64,000 nt of DNA from positions 123,752,001 through 123,816,000 of the forward strand of contig OX597815.1 in NCBI GenBank assembly GCA_951406725.2, given 5' to 3'. This DNA comes from Octopus vulgaris (taxonomy: Eukaryota). The position numbers and the translations under genes are program-made. This document shows positions 25,270 to 39,214 of this stretch, one piece after another (position 1 is the first letter of the stretch; each line of letters begins with the position of its first letter). The notes under the pieces were generated by a model, which saw nothing but the letters and a program-made list of their open reading frames with translations, did no database searches and was not told the origin of the DNA.

Positions 25270-26215
25270 AAGGCGGCGAGCTAGCAGAAACGTTAGCGCG
25301 CCGGGCGAAACGCTTAGCGGTATTTCGTCTGTCGCTACGTTCTGAGTTCAAATTCCGCCGAGGTTGACTTTGCCTTTCATCCTTTCGGGGTCGATTAAAT
25401 AAGTACCAGTTACGCACTGGGGTCGATATAATCGACTTAATCCGTTTGTCTGTCCTTGTTTGTCCCCTCTGTGTTTAAAGAAATAGCTATTTCATCTGTC
25501 GTTACGTTCTGAGTTCAAATTCCGCCGAGGTCGACTTTGCCTTTCATCCTTTCGGGGTCAATAAATAAAGTACCAGTTTCGCACTGGGTCGATGTAATCG
25601 ACTTACTCCCTCTGTCTGTCCTTGTTTGTCCCCTCTATGTGTAGCCCCTTGTGGGTAGTAAAGAAATATATAGTCTAAGTTCAAATTCTGCCGAGGTCGA
25701 CTTTGTTTTTATCCTCTCAGCGTCAACATAATAGGTACCAGTTGACCACTGGGGTCGATGTAATTGCAGGTTTTATGCCAAAATTTGAAACCATTAATTT
25801 TTTATTATCATTTAGGATGTTGGAGTGGCAGTATTGTGAATATATTGGACAAAATGCCTTGTGGCATTTAGTTACGACTCTTTACGATCTGAGTTCAAAT
25901 TTCACCGGTGTCAGCTTTACCTTTCATCTCTCCGAGTTCGATGAAATAAACTTCCAGTTAATTGCTCTCATAACCCCTTCCCCTTAATATTGTTGGTTTT
26001 GTACCTAAATTAGAAACAATTATATAGGGCAGTGGTGATAGATTGGCAGGATCGTTTGATCGTCGAACCAAATGCATCGCGGTATTTTTCGGCTGTTTGC
26101 GATCTGAGTTCAAGTCAGGATCAGTTTTTTCTTTCATAGTTTCGAGGTTGATAAAATAAGTACCAATAATGCACTGACCACCAATAAGTACTGGCCTTGT
26201 GCCTAAATGAGAAAC
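25270..26215 (+). mobile_element. Cluster of about five tandem or nested SINE family 2 copies
   Basis: Repeated GAGTTCAAATTCCGCCGAGGTCGACTTTGCCTTTCATCCTTTCGGGGTC cores at about 25340, 25510, 25680, 25890 and 26105. Confidence 0.85.
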
Positions 26216-26826
26216 ATGTTACATACTTACAGAAAAAGTCTGACCTTTGTTTGCAAGCAAAAGATAACTATAGTTATTCTTCAATCTATTAGACCTCATC
26301 AGTATGATGCATTGTCTACTTAAACCTATATGATCAGCTGATAAAGACTTTTACACATAGAAGAATTACAAAAGATTTTTGGTTAATATAATCTATATTA
26401 AAAAAAATCTTTCGGCCAACAGAAAAGGCAGAGTGCATGCTCCTTTATATCTAAAACTAGAGGGAGGGAAGAAAGCATCGTCAAATCGGTAAACTGGCTT
26501 GAGTATTTGTGACAAGGTGGATTCTGCTAAAAGCACCCAAGATGTCAGGTGGTGTAGTTAAATCGGGCGAATGATTGAATGATCCACCAAATAGGCCGTA
26601 GGATTTTAACCCAAGATGCAAAGAACCAGAATAAACACCGCAAGGCATCTCACCAAAGTTCTTACATTTTCGCCAATCCATCGCTCTGTATCGATACTTT
26701 GTTTTTATCGACCCCTGAAGTATGAAAGACAGAGTTGATCTCAGTGCAATTTGAACTAGAGTACTGAGTCAGAGCAAATACTTTGAGACACATTAGCCAA
26801 CCCTCTATTATCAATTCACTGCATAA

Positions 26827-26874
<48 letters not shown>

Positions 26875-26875
<1 letters not shown>

Positions 26876-27994
26876 TAGCATTATGACCCGGCGTTGCCAG
26901 GTCATAGTGCTAGTTTGGTATAAATTTGTTAAATTAAAAATTTGTGGTAAAAAAACATACAATGACATATCAAAAAGACGAATTAAAATTCCAGAGAAAA
27001 ATACATAGAAGATAAATATACAAATTTACAAAAATACATAAAATTTCATCAGAGATGCATCAATTAATATGAAACATATTATATATTTAAAATTGACACC
27101 CCCCTCGTCAGGATGTTTTTTACACACAACACATAGTACACGGAAACAAATGCTCAATTACATACCTGCTACATGCGAAAGACCAGACATTACGTACTCC
27201 CCAAAATTCTCATAGATACTGAATGCTACTTTATAAGCATATAATTCAATCTAGCAGCTATAGTAAATGGTATGAGCACATGTCCATCTGGACTAATTCA
27301 CTTCTGCACTCAATTAAATTTTTCATATTTTAATTTCTCCCATTCATGCAAACCCACATATTCGAGTTCAAGTCCTTGATACATTTTATACTAATTGCTA
27401 TTTTTTCTTTTAATTGTTATATAACGATTTAATTACCATTTTAATAAAATGAAATATATTTAATTACTACTTACTATATTTACTATATCTAACTCAATTG
27501 TTATTATTACCTCTAACTTTTATTGCAATTTTTATTTCTAAATTTCTTATGGAACGTCGAGTGGATCTTATGCGTAGAATATATTTTTATATGATGTTTA
27601 TATATTTATATATTACTATATATTTCTAAACGTCGGACTTTATGTCTGTTCTGTAGATATAAATGAATATATGAATATATGTATGTGTTTGATCTTTCTG
27701 TAGATTTTGTAGTGCTTTTGTAGTTGCTGCTCGCATTGCCTCCCCTCGGATTAAAAAGTGTATACAGCTCATTTGAGCACTACTGTTCCAGTCTGTTATA
27801 TATTTTGAGCGTTGTTGTCACTAACGATCTCAAGATATAACTTTATATTTTGTAATATATATATATATATTTGCCGATGACACTCCCCGGACCCTAAGTA
27901 AGGCATGTGTGAAATTTGAATGAAATTGGTTGCGTAGTTATCAAGTTTTAGGGAAACACACAGACAGACAGACATTCTCAGTTTTATATATAGA
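26875..27994 (-). mobile_element. Non-autonomous Helitron-type element H5
   Basis: Minus strand TCTATATATAAAACTGAGAATGTCTGTCTG...TATGACCTGGCAACGCCGGGTCATA hairpin...GCTAG|T, abutting (TA)n. Confidence 0.8.
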
Positions 27995-28213
27995 GAGATA
28001 TATATAACTCCTTTCTCTATACGTAAATATTTTTGTCAGTTAATTAGGTACAGTTTCAGGTTCAATCCCGTTTCATGGGTTACACAACTATAATGAATTT
28101 ATTATCTACAAATGCATGTATAAAAGATACATACAATCTATATTTTTCCCGCCGGCTTGCTTAAAAGTTCTGATACTGTTTCTGAACATTGTTCTTATTT
28201 CCAATCTTCACAG

Positions 28214-28342
28214 TGGTGGCCCGAGGATGTTCAAAGCACATATATAAATTTCCAAAACTGCTTCCAGAAGAGGGCTGTTATAAATATTACATGGATGTGA
28301 TTTGTTTTTGTAGAAAGCATCTTTGCAATAGGATGGCTATGG
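28214..28342 (+). CDS. Gene A coding exon 3 (C-terminal half of LU domain)
   Basis: tcttcacag acceptor; (V)VARGCSKHIYKFPKLLPEEGCYKYYMDVICFCRKHLCNRMAM; G|gtaagt donor. RGC and CxCxxxxCN signatures; 129 nt, phase 1-1. Confidence 0.9.
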
Positions 28343-28440
28343 GTAAGTAACCACAGTATATTTCTTCATTTACCATAACAAAATATGAACGTTGAATGGG
28401 TTTAGCTTGATTTTCAGGATCATTAATCTCAATCTATGTA

Positions 28441-28592
28441 TAGTGGCATAGTTAGTGTGTGTGCTGCCCGGGGCAACCTTCAGTTTGCTGAACTTCATCC
28501 CGTTCCCAATGAAAGCTTGTAGAGCAGATCCAAAAGCGCCGCTCCCATAAAAGCGTCGCTCCCATAAAAGCGTCGCTCAGGCTACGCTACTA
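28441..28592. mobile_element. Small hAT (Tip100-like) MITE
   Basis: TIRs TAGTGGCATAG / CTACGCTACTA; 8-bp TSD TCTATGTA / CCTATGTA; internal 17-bp tandem repeat. Confidence 0.65.
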
Positions 28593-31168
28593 CCTATGTA
28601 TTTTTAATTCTTATATTTCAAGCAGTATGTATTTTGCTCATCTTTAGGTATCAAATTTATACTACGTACAGTTGTATGCATTGAAAAAGGAAACACTCAA
28701 CCCAAATTCTTACTGTAAACTAAGACTGCATAATTGTAAACTAAGACTGTACTGACATCTTTCGACAGTACTGGTTCTCACCGGTTTTCTCGAATTCTGC
28801 TATATATAAAGAGACAACAAAGATAATATTAACAGTCTGGAACATATTCAAATAAATAGACTTAGAAGTGTGGACATTAAATGGGTTATTTTCGCACTGT
28901 CGCTTCGCTAATGCTTACATTGTATTCTCGTATCACATATCCGATTTGACCAAGATTCCTTCTTTTTGATATTTTCTGATAATGACGAAATAATTACGGA
29001 GACAAGGTAATGGCCTTCAAACAATGTTAGTAATGAATTCCAAGAATGTATCCGAGCAGATGCTCACAGGTCTTCTGTAAATTCTCCTTAGACTCTTGCT
29101 TCTTAAGCTTTTCTTAAGTTTGTTGGTTGAGTAGATGCAGTATGAGCGAGTATCAAAAAAGTTCGCATCTCAATCACAAGGTTCTGGGTTAGATCTTAAT
29201 AAGTGACTTCTTGAGCAAGCGTCTTTTACTATAGCCTGGAGTCGATCAAGGCCCAGAACTTGTAGTGAAATTGGGATGAGGGAAACTATGCGGAAGCCTG
29301 TCGAGTGGATTGTGCTAGTAGTTCAAAGGTTCGGCTTAGTCCCACACTGTGTTGGACTGACTCAGTTCAGGAATTATTTCAAGGGCACACATGCCTGTAC
29401 AATACCCCACTGACACACCCATTCAATGAGCGGTAGTTCATTTGATCGAACAACTAAATATTCATCACTCAAACTGACGGAAAACAATTGAAGTCAGCTG
29501 AGATATTTTGCTTAGATTTTTTTTGTAATTTTTCCTATAGTCATATTTAATGTAAATCTTTGCAAGCATACAAGCGAAATTTATAGAATTGGGCTACCAA
29601 ATAAAAATGATTCTTGATATATTATCAATTAATATAAGATGACCGAAGATGTACGTTTGATTACTTGACTGCTTAGATCAAATCGCCATACATATAGGGT
29701 TTCTTCTAACGATGCTCAAAAACCCCTTACATTTTATAGGAGAAAGCGTAGGATAGTTGAAAGAGGACTTTCTCAAAGGTGTTAGTGATATAAGTAAAGT
29801 TGAGTGTTTTCCATCGGGAATAGGAATGGTAACCGTGTTGTAGACTCGCTTCTTTGGGAACTCCGTTCGTACTCTGTGGCACTCAATACCTTATGATATA
29901 TTTCCCTTATTCGATACCACCCAGTAGCGATTAAATTACATTTTCTAAGTTTACACACACAAGCATGCAAACACGACTAAAGTAACACAGACAAGAAGCA
30001 GATGTATAGATACAGCCTTCTTCTTCCTACCATAAACAACAACCAAGAAGAACTACAAAAAAGAAAAAAAGGGAAAAGATTTACGTAAAACTGAAGGTAT
30101 CCTGATCTTGCGTGAGAATACTATCATTCTTTCGAAGGAAATTCACCAAACATGAACTTCATACATAAAATTCCAGTTTTACCAAAGTAAACTAAACCAC
30201 ACATTCTTCCTTTATGCTTATCAAAACAGACAGGTTGTTTAACAAAATAGTACACAGTTTTCTTAGTTCTAGTTTAAACTTCTAACAGCAGTTTGACTAG
30301 TGAAAATGTCATATAAACCTCAGTGATTTGTGGATTCATCGCTGGAGATTTTATGAAGGGTGCATGAGCCCGATCAAGCTCCTTCCCTTTCAGTCTATTT
30401 TATTGCAGCACAAATCGAAAGTACGAGATATATGTCTTAAGCGGTAAACGAAACGTGATGCAGATTTGGCTCTCCGAGTAATTACCATAATTTCATAGCA
30501 CTCGCACTTGAAATGATCAAAAGGATATAGTCAATATTTCGAGCCGAGAAAATTTCAATTTAAGTATTTTATTTGTTGTTTGTTTTTCAGTTTAACATAA
30601 GTAAAGCAACTATATTAGTTATATTCCGAATGTTTTAATTCAATTCTGTTATCGATTTGGATTTTCAATTCAGTTTTACCATTTTCAGTTCAATTCAATC
30701 CCAATTTTACAAAATGTTTTAATTCATGTTTTACATACAAAGCGATGAAACCTTTGTTTTAGATCCAAACTAAAATTGCAGCTAACATATATCAATAAAA
30801 TATAAATAAAAATAATAAATAAAAACGAAGTTAGATCAAGTTTTAATTTAACGAAAAATTTTGTTTTCTATTCGAATTTCACCCTAACTTTTGAAAACCT
30901 ACAGTTTAATCAGCTTCTAGAATTCAATTAAAATCTCAGAAACGAAACTGAAAACTGCAACAGGAAAAGGTTTGAATTTCTATTCCTCGATTAAAACCAT
31001 GTTACTGTAAGCTAATAATGTCTCATGGTTGGCACCTCAGTATTCCACTTGTCTTTCATTTTCGATATCGTAAAACATTTGTTCAAATACACATATACAT
31101 GAAGTTGTTTTCCAATGACGAAATATAACAGCAATTAACATATTCATATTCGAATCCGTCAGAACATA

Positions 31169-31674
31169 TCTATATATATAAAACTGTAGTTGTGTGAGTG
31201 TCTGTCCCCTTCGATTTAGATTCCTAACTATTCCCACATTTTGCGGTGCAGTTTAACCAAATTCGGGTATCTTATAGTCGTGATTCATATCGAGCCCGTC
31301 TGAGTATTAGCGCGCGTCTACGATGAGTCTACGATTTTAAAAATAATTTAACATCATTTTTTATTCCATTTTAATGCATAATTTTTCGTGTGTCGATGGC
31401 GGCGGAGTTGGCGTCCATGGTCACACCTGCACCTGTTTGCTTCTCACCTTCTTCCCTCCCACGTGAAGCTGTGGGGAAGGGAGTGTAAGGAAATCAACGT
31501 CGTAAAGCGTTGTCAAGGAGACCAGCGTTCTTTTAGAACAATGACTTCATGGCTTGAAGACACCAAAACAGAAATGGCTAAGAAAGCCCGAATTTATAAG
31601 GGAAGTAACTCTCTAAAAATGCTTATATAGTTATTTCCCTTACAAACCCGAGCAACGCCGGGCGATACTGCTAG
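31169..31674 (+). mobile_element. Non-autonomous Helitron-type element H6
   Basis: A|TCTATATATATAAAAC...CCCGAGCAACGCCGGGCGATACTGCTAG|T. The last ~70 bp are nearly identical to H1/H2 while the interior differs. Confidence 0.88.
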
Positions 31675-32223
31675 TTAAGAATAAATAAGTACGTCATCGT
31701 TCTGATACTCGTTGTTCAGCGTGCACATATTAATTTTATGTCAGTTGGCAGTTATCAGCATGCATCAGCAACTAATTTGTTTGCTGAAGTTATAAACACG
31801 TGTCCAAAACTCTTCTTAGATTCAGTAGTCAGGGGTCGCTTTGCCTGAGGAGACACATTAAGGTCAAAAGACTGAATGTCCCAAAGTCCCCTTACCCTAA
31901 TGAATCTAGTGTTATAAACATAAATTCGTTCGAGAGAAGCTGCTCCCCAATGACGAAATAGATCAGCGATTAGCATATTCATGTTCGAATCTCCCGGAAC
32001 ATATTAAGAATATGCATGTCATTGTTCATACATACATACATACATACATACATACATACATACATACATACATACATACATACATACATACATACACGCA
32101 CACATATATACATACACACATATTTATACACATATGCACACACATACAATAAATCCCATAGTGGTCAATGGGATTTATTTTCATTTCTACTATTTTGATT
32201 TTCTATCCTTCTTTTCTTCCCAG

Positions 32224-32378
32224 GAACGCCAAAAACCAAGAAGGAGTTAGACTATTTGGAATTAGAAAAAAAGAAAAACTCATCTGCAGTACGTAAACTA
32301 CCAGTCCCTTTATTTACGTTTATATGGCTACATTTGCTGATCGGGATCATATTGGATTACCACTTAGGACAACAATAG
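32224..32378 (+). CDS. Gene A coding exon 4 (GPI-anchor signal, stop)
   Basis: Long polypyrimidine tract + cag acceptor; (G)TPKTKKELDYLELEKKKNSSAVRKLPVPLFTFIWLHLLIGIILDYHLGQQ*. Small residues NSS precede a hydrophobic tail. Spliced CDS is 525 nt = 174 aa. Confidence 0.85.
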
Positions 32379-32401
32379 TTTGGTAAAGAAGGATGAGTTT
32401 A

Positions 32402-32407
32402 AATAAA
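32402..32407 (+). promoter_or_regulatory. Candidate polyadenylation signal of gene A
   Basis: AATAAA shortly after the stop codon; another lies near 32560. Use of either cannot be shown from sequence. Confidence 0.3.
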
Positions 32408-32584
32408 ATATATGAAGAAAGATAGATACCCAACATCAAGTAATAATCTTGAAGAAATCTATTCTATGACGGATTCCTATTCCTTGGTATGTTTTGCTTT
32501 CAGAAATAAGACTTCGCCACTGTAATTCATTGCTATAGAAATAAATGACGTCAAAATTGGTAGAAGTTTTATCTTATCTTTTAT

Positions 32585-32777
32585 CCAGTTCTATATTTAA
32601 GAGATGAGGAATTATTTACATTATTTACATTTGACGGATATTTGTTCTCATCTTGTTAACACAACGTTCCGGCTGATATACCCTTCTGCCTTCATCAGGT
32701 GTCTTGGGGAAATTTCGAACCTGGGTTCTCATTCCTAGGAAAATGAGGACAAGTATCCGTCAAATGTAAATAATGTT
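32585..32777 (-). mobile_element. Penelope-like element end with inverted duplication and minimal hammerhead motif
   Basis: Inverted arms 32618-32651 / 32743-32776; minus strand GACAC-CTGATGA-AGGC...GCC-GGAAC-GTT-GTGTT. Confidence 0.6.
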
Positions 32778-32789
32778 ATCTTTTATCAT

Positions 32790-33165
32790 TACTTGTTTCA
32801 CTCATCGAACTGCGTCCATGTTGGGGCACGGTCTGGAAGGTCTTAGTCAAAGAAATCAACTCTAGTATTTATTTTTTAAAGACTGATATTTATTTTGTCG
32901 ATCTCTTATGCCAAATCGCTAAGTTGCAGGGATTTAAACAAACCGACACTGGTTGTTACGTGATGGTGGTTGGCATATACAAACACGAACACATACACAC
33001 ATGCGCGCGTGACTGGTTTCCACATACTTTCTATGAAGGAAATCCACTAAGAAGGCATTTGTCGGCCTTTGGCTATAACCGAAGACACTTGCTGAAGGTG
33101 CCGCGTTGTGAGACTGAACGCTAAACCACGTGGCAGCAAAGTGAGCTTCTCAACTGTACAGTCAA
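32790..33165 (-). mobile_element. CORE-type SINE, diverged
   Basis: Colinear with the family from the tail to the tRNA-like head. Confidence 0.65.
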
Positions 33166-33399
33166 GCTCGTACAAACACTGCCAAATTCCTAGAATTTGA
33201 GAACTGGGCAAAATAATTACCATACTAGCCAACCAGTATTGTTTAAACTTACTTTGAAAAATCCTAAGAAAACCTCATCAACCTACCCTTGTTTCGTTAC
33301 AACTTTCCATATGACTTCAAACCACTATACTCAATCATCACCGCATTCATAAACTTTACCCTGACGAATACATGGTGTCTTCAAGAATATCTTCTTTTG

Positions 33400-33745
33400 C
33401 AAACACAAGGGTAAAGACCCCCTTCGGTCACGAATGACCATAAGATTGCACCTAGAAAGTTCCCCTCCAAGACGTAACACTTGGCAAAGTTGATTATGGA
33501 AGACCAGAAGTCGCCCATGCATACCCGCCGCCCCTCTCCACGCTAGCGATATTATCCAAAGGAAAGGCAAAGCTGATACAACTTGCCACCAGTGACATCG
33601 CAACTCATTTCTACAACTGAGTGATCTGGAGCAGCGTGAAAGAAAGTGACTTTCTCAAGAACACAATACAGAGTTCGGTCGGGGAATCGAACTCACTACT
33701 GTAAACTGTAAACCCAACGCTCTAACCACTGATCCATGTACCTAA
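33400..33745 (-). mobile_element. tRNA-derived V-domain-like SINE
   Basis: Minus strand AGTGGTTAGAG, GTTCGATTCC, GTGTTCTTGAGAAAGTCACTT...GCTCCAG. Confidence 0.6.
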
Positions 33746-34025
33746 GCAAAACATTCGGTTTAGCCACGCATTATCTGCCACTCTATGTTTAATTACCTTG
33801 TAAACAGTAAGATATTCTTAAAACGTCCCCTACCACGAATAAAACACATAAGATCGCTATACCTTCCACTTAGTCCAGACAAACAAAAGGAGCACGCTTT
33901 GATAGCCTCATCATCAATAGTCTCAGAAATAAGTGCAAAGAAACAGAAACTATAGCTTTAAATTGAGACTACACTTTTCATCAGCGGCCTCAGTCAGACC
34001 AATAGCTTTGTAAGAAAATAACTAA

Positions 34026-34525
<500 letters not shown>

Positions 34526-34938
34526 AATTAACGTAATATGTCTCGATTGTCACACTGCATTCCTTACATAAACCACTGCATGTTGGAGTGTATAGCAGAC
34601 GTACCATCTGGATATGTAGATCGCTACTTAAACATAGCTTTGATCAGGGATGGTCGGGGTGATCAACAACAGTTCATAGAACATTAGAAAATATAAGTAC
34701 TGGTTTAACACATCAACTGGTTAGTAAAGCATTGCTCCAGTTCATAGATCACTGAGAAGCTACCAAAGACAGGATATGAGACATCCTATTTCAAGTAATG
34801 GGTTATATCTAATTCTGTTGTGGTGTGTTTGTATATAAGTTAACAAATTGGTCAGAAGTAAAATGAAGTGTTTGGGGCTTCCCAAGGACATTTGTGTGTG
34901 ATTCATGTGTACTGAGATAACTCCATTCTACAACTTGG

Positions 34939-35009
<71 letters not shown>

Positions 35010-35494
35010 ACACACACACACACACATACACATACACGCACGCACACAAACAGGGTGTGTGTGTGTTAGAAATTCTTAGTATTTACCATAATAACTTTGA
35101 GAGGGTCTGATGAAAGGATAATTTATTTCATTAACCGATTAATTAATTATTTATTGTATGGATTTACAGGGTTTTTAAGTACCAACCAATGTGTAAGGTG
35201 ATGAAATGATCGGTCTAGCTATCGAAACGATCGAAACCTTAATTAAAATTATATAACATTATTGTTTTCATATTTTCCTTTACTTACTTTATATTTTGTG
35301 ATAAATGCACCAACTGACTGGTTGGTGAATTTCCTCAGATTTACAGTTGGAAACCAAAATAAAAAATAAAAAGTAGTGTCCTCTCCTTTCCCCAGGAAGA
35401 TTTAGATCTTTTATATCTGTTAATAAATAAATAAAGAGATAAAAAAACCCCATCTTCTTACTCATTTCTGTATAGTTATTAAGATATATTGCCA

Positions 35495-37345
35495 AGGCGG
35501 TGAGCTGACAGATTCGTTAGCACATCGCGCGAAATACTTAGCAATATTCCGTATGCCGCAACGTTCTGAGTTCAAATTCCGCCGAGGTCGACTTTGCCTT
35601 TCCTTCTTCCGGGGTCGATGAAATAAGTACCAGTTACGCACTGAGATCGATGTAATCGACTCGTCCGCTTCCCACCAAAATTTTCAAAGTCTTATGTCTA
35701 GAGTAGAAATAATTATTAAGTTATATTCTACATAATAGCCGATATAATGTTGATTTCACAAGTCTGCTCACGTCGTATATACAAGGGGAGAGACTAAAAG
35801 AGAGCTACAACGAGAAAGTTAACATAAGGGGAAGATATGTGATGAAATCTTTTGTAGTCATGACCATCCTGTCGGTTTGTATAAATAGGATTACATTATA
35901 TTATGTTTCCTTCCTTTTTTTTTTAAATACGCAAAGATGTGATTTGAAGAAGATTTGACAGTTATTTCTAGCATAGAGCTGGAAATCGGCATCCACGAAC
36001 GAAATTACGTTTGCATTCAAAATTGAAAACATTCGCTGAGGAAATTTCTAAAATCCATGTGAAAATTTTAACTTTAATACCTATTTCTTTACTACCCACA
36101 AGGGGCTAAACGCAGAGAGGACAAACAAGGACAGACAAACGGATTAAGTCGATTATATCGACCCCAGTGCGTAACTGGTACTTATTTAATCGACCCCGAA
36201 AGGATGAAAGGCAAAGTCGACCTCGGCGGAATTTGAACTCAGAACGTAGCGGCAGACGAAATACTGCTAAGCATTTCGCCCGACGTGCTAACGTTTCTGC
36301 CAGCTCGCCGCCCGCATTAACTTTAATACCGACACTGTAATACGTACTCATGAATTTGTAAAATTAAAGATTGAACTTATTTGCAACACAGATGTTCTAC
36401 CACAGTTTCCTATAAAACTGTAATTCGCTCCTGATAAAAAAACAAAACAAAACAAAACAAAACAAGACAAATTTCCCCTATCTTGGTTGTCGAAGGCTTT
36501 CTAGTTGGTGTCATGGCAGAGTGCTGATCTGAAGTGAATGTCTTGCGGTTTTCTTATTTCCTTGTATGTTTAAACTTCGCTAAGATCATCTCTGTCTTTC
36601 ACTTCATCGACAGAGTCTGTACAATTTGCTCTTGGAATGTAATGTAAGTCGAATATCAAATACTAAATGCCACAAATGTGATGTTGTGTTACTTGAAAGA
36701 AATCATTATTAGCTCTAACCACTTCATAGGCAACTAAGTATTTGGGTTCATTTATGCTACCCTTTTTATAGTTCTGAGTGGTGGATTGGCGGAATCAGCA
36801 AAGCGTGTATAAAATACTTTGTTATGTTTGCTTTGGCTCTTAACGTTCGGAGTTCAAATTCCACCGAGGTTCACTTTCGCCCCTTTCGGGGTCGTTAACA
36901 AACTATCAGGGCTAACGGCATCGACTTATCCTCGACCTTGTTTCTAAATCAGAAACAATATTTGTATCAGCATTTGGGGGAAAATTATGGTAATTTATTT
37001 TTTACTCCAGGCTCAAGGCCCGAAATTTTGAGAGAGAGGGCCAGTCGATTAGATCGACCCCAATACACAACTGGTACTTAATTTATCGACCCCGGCGGAA
37101 TTTGAACTCAGAACGTAAAGACAGACGAAATACCTATTTCTTTACTGCCCACAAGGGGCTGCACACAGAGGGGATAAACAAGGACAGACAATCGGATTAA
37201 GTCGATTACATCGACACCAGTGCGTAACTGGTAGTTAATTTATCGATCTCGAAAGGATAAAAGGCAAAGTCAACCTCGGCGGAATTTGAACTCAGAACGA
37301 AACGGCAGACGAAATACGGTTACGCATTTCGCCCGGCGTGCTAAC
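35495..37345. mobile_element. Intergenic SINE family 2 copies: + 35495-35705, - 36082-36312, + 36780-36955, - 37005-37345
   Basis: Family cores. TSD TTAACTTTAATACC at 36068-81 and 36317-30; AAAATTATGGT flanks the 37 kb copy. Confidence 0.8.
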
Positions 37346-37749
37346 GTTTCTGCTAGCTCGCCGTTGTAAAATTATGGTGATTTTATGAAATAAATGTGGA
37401 AAAAATATTAGTTTTCAGTGACCTGCAGTTTGAGTCCAGTTTAGATCCCGGTTGTAAGGATGTCACATTTTACAACATCGCTAATGTGTGGATAATGCAT
37501 GAATATTATGGCATCCTACTTCTATATTCTTAAGAAACAGATGTCCTGTGTTAATTTTAAAAGTCTGTAAAAGTAACCGTGCACAAATGAAACAGAGTGA
37601 TATCTAATTAACAGTGTAGTCGATTAGGTAAATTAATTGGAAGAGGCGAGGAGGGGGATGAGATTGGATGATGCATTTGATTTTCTCAAAATGTATTAGT
37701 GGTGTAAAGGAAATGGAGTGGGTGCAGACTGGAATCAGATACAAGAAGT

Positions 37750-38078
37750 TATCTCTAATTGGCACTCTGTCGGTTACGACGACGGGTGTCTCAGCTGATC
37801 CGAACAACGGAATAGCCTACTCGTGAAATTAACGTGTGACTGAGTACTTCACAGACACGCGTACGTTTAACGTTGTTTTCAGGGAGATTCAGCGTGACAC
37901 AGAATGTGACAAGGCTGGCCCTTTGAAATACAGATACTACTCATTTTTGCCTGCTGAGTGGACTGGAGCAACGAGAAATAAGTGTCTTGCGTAAGGACAC
38001 AATGCACCGCCTGGAATCAAACTCATGGCTTTACAATCGTGAGCTGAATACCCTGACCACTACGTCACGCGCCTTCAC
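37750..38078 (-). mobile_element. tRNA-derived V-domain-like SINE
   Basis: Minus strand GTGAAGGCGCGTGACGTAGTGG...GTGTCCTTACGCAAGACACTT...GCTCCAGTCCACTCAGC. Confidence 0.65.
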
Positions 38079-38557
38079 TAAGAACTAGTTTCAACTCTCA
38101 AGGTGAAGCTAAATATTTTTGAAGTTATCGTCAAATGAGAAAGAGTAGCCCAGTGATACTTTTCAGGGCTTCTAAGATTGGTAGGAGGGAATGAAGTTAT
38201 TCTCAGTTCGAAGACCTTGCTCGAATTCTTGCAATAAAGTGAACTCCTCTAAAGGTAAAGAAGGATAAATTAGTGTTCTTAAACTGGGCTATGAGTTTTA
38301 GCAGTTTACGTTTATTTCACTCCTAGTTTCGATCGACGCTAAAATCAGAAGCCTTGATAGCGAGGGCGATGAGGGATAGTTCACCCCGGGTGACACTTTT
38401 ATGTGGGACGCACTTTTGATGCTGTATAAGCCTGTATTGGAGGCGGGGTGGTAAATTCAAGGGCTGCCTCAGCCGGCACACACTCTAGCCACATGATTAG
38501 CAAGGCTACACCACTTACATTATTACCACAGTCGAGAAAGGCATGAAGATACACAAT

Positions 38558-38581
38558 TTTATTCTACTTAAAATATTTATT
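38558..38581 (-). promoter_or_regulatory. Candidate polyadenylation signals of gene B
   Basis: Two AATAAA on the minus strand (38576-38581, 38558-38563), about 640 nt past the stop. Confidence 0.35.
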
Positions 38582-38969
38582 GCTTAAATCAGAAATCAGT
38601 TTGTCTTAGAATTGGGTGAGCTCCAGAAGGCAACAGATAAGATCTTGATGTGCCGAGACTGAGCAGCCAGTTTCGATTCTTGATTGAAACAATTACACTT
38701 CATTTCCACGCATAAGGCATTTTAGTCCAGTTGCAAGAAACCAATATTTTGTCAGTTTTCGGTGCTGAGTTAAAATACTGTTACTGGGCTAAATATTCGT
38801 TATGACTTCAACTTCAACCTCAGCAACGGGAATAATGTTACTGGTCATCAGTTTAATTCCATTAGTAATGTGTGAAACTGGTTAAGTGGTATACATGAGC
38901 GAGCGTAAAATTTTCGTCAAATTAGTCCAGCTTTGCAGCCGAGCAGGTTCTACCACACACACACACACA

Positions 38970-39051
<82 letters not shown>

Positions 39052-39214
39052 TACGCACACACACACACACACACAATGTCTAAAAGCGAGTGAAAAGTAC
39101 ACTAGAAACAACTTACCCCCATTCTCACTTCCCGAAAGGGGAAAAAAATGAATTAGAAAAAGTCCCTTTTTACAATTAACAATTGCTTGGGTTAAAGATT
39201 AGACTGATTTTAAA

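Noticed and set aside
35100-35250. Second possible hammerhead (CTGATGA at 35108; GTGATGA...GATCG..CGATC GAAAC near 35200)
   Set aside because: The core boxes cannot be assembled with convincing stems, and the better-spaced one has GTGATGA instead of CTGATGA.
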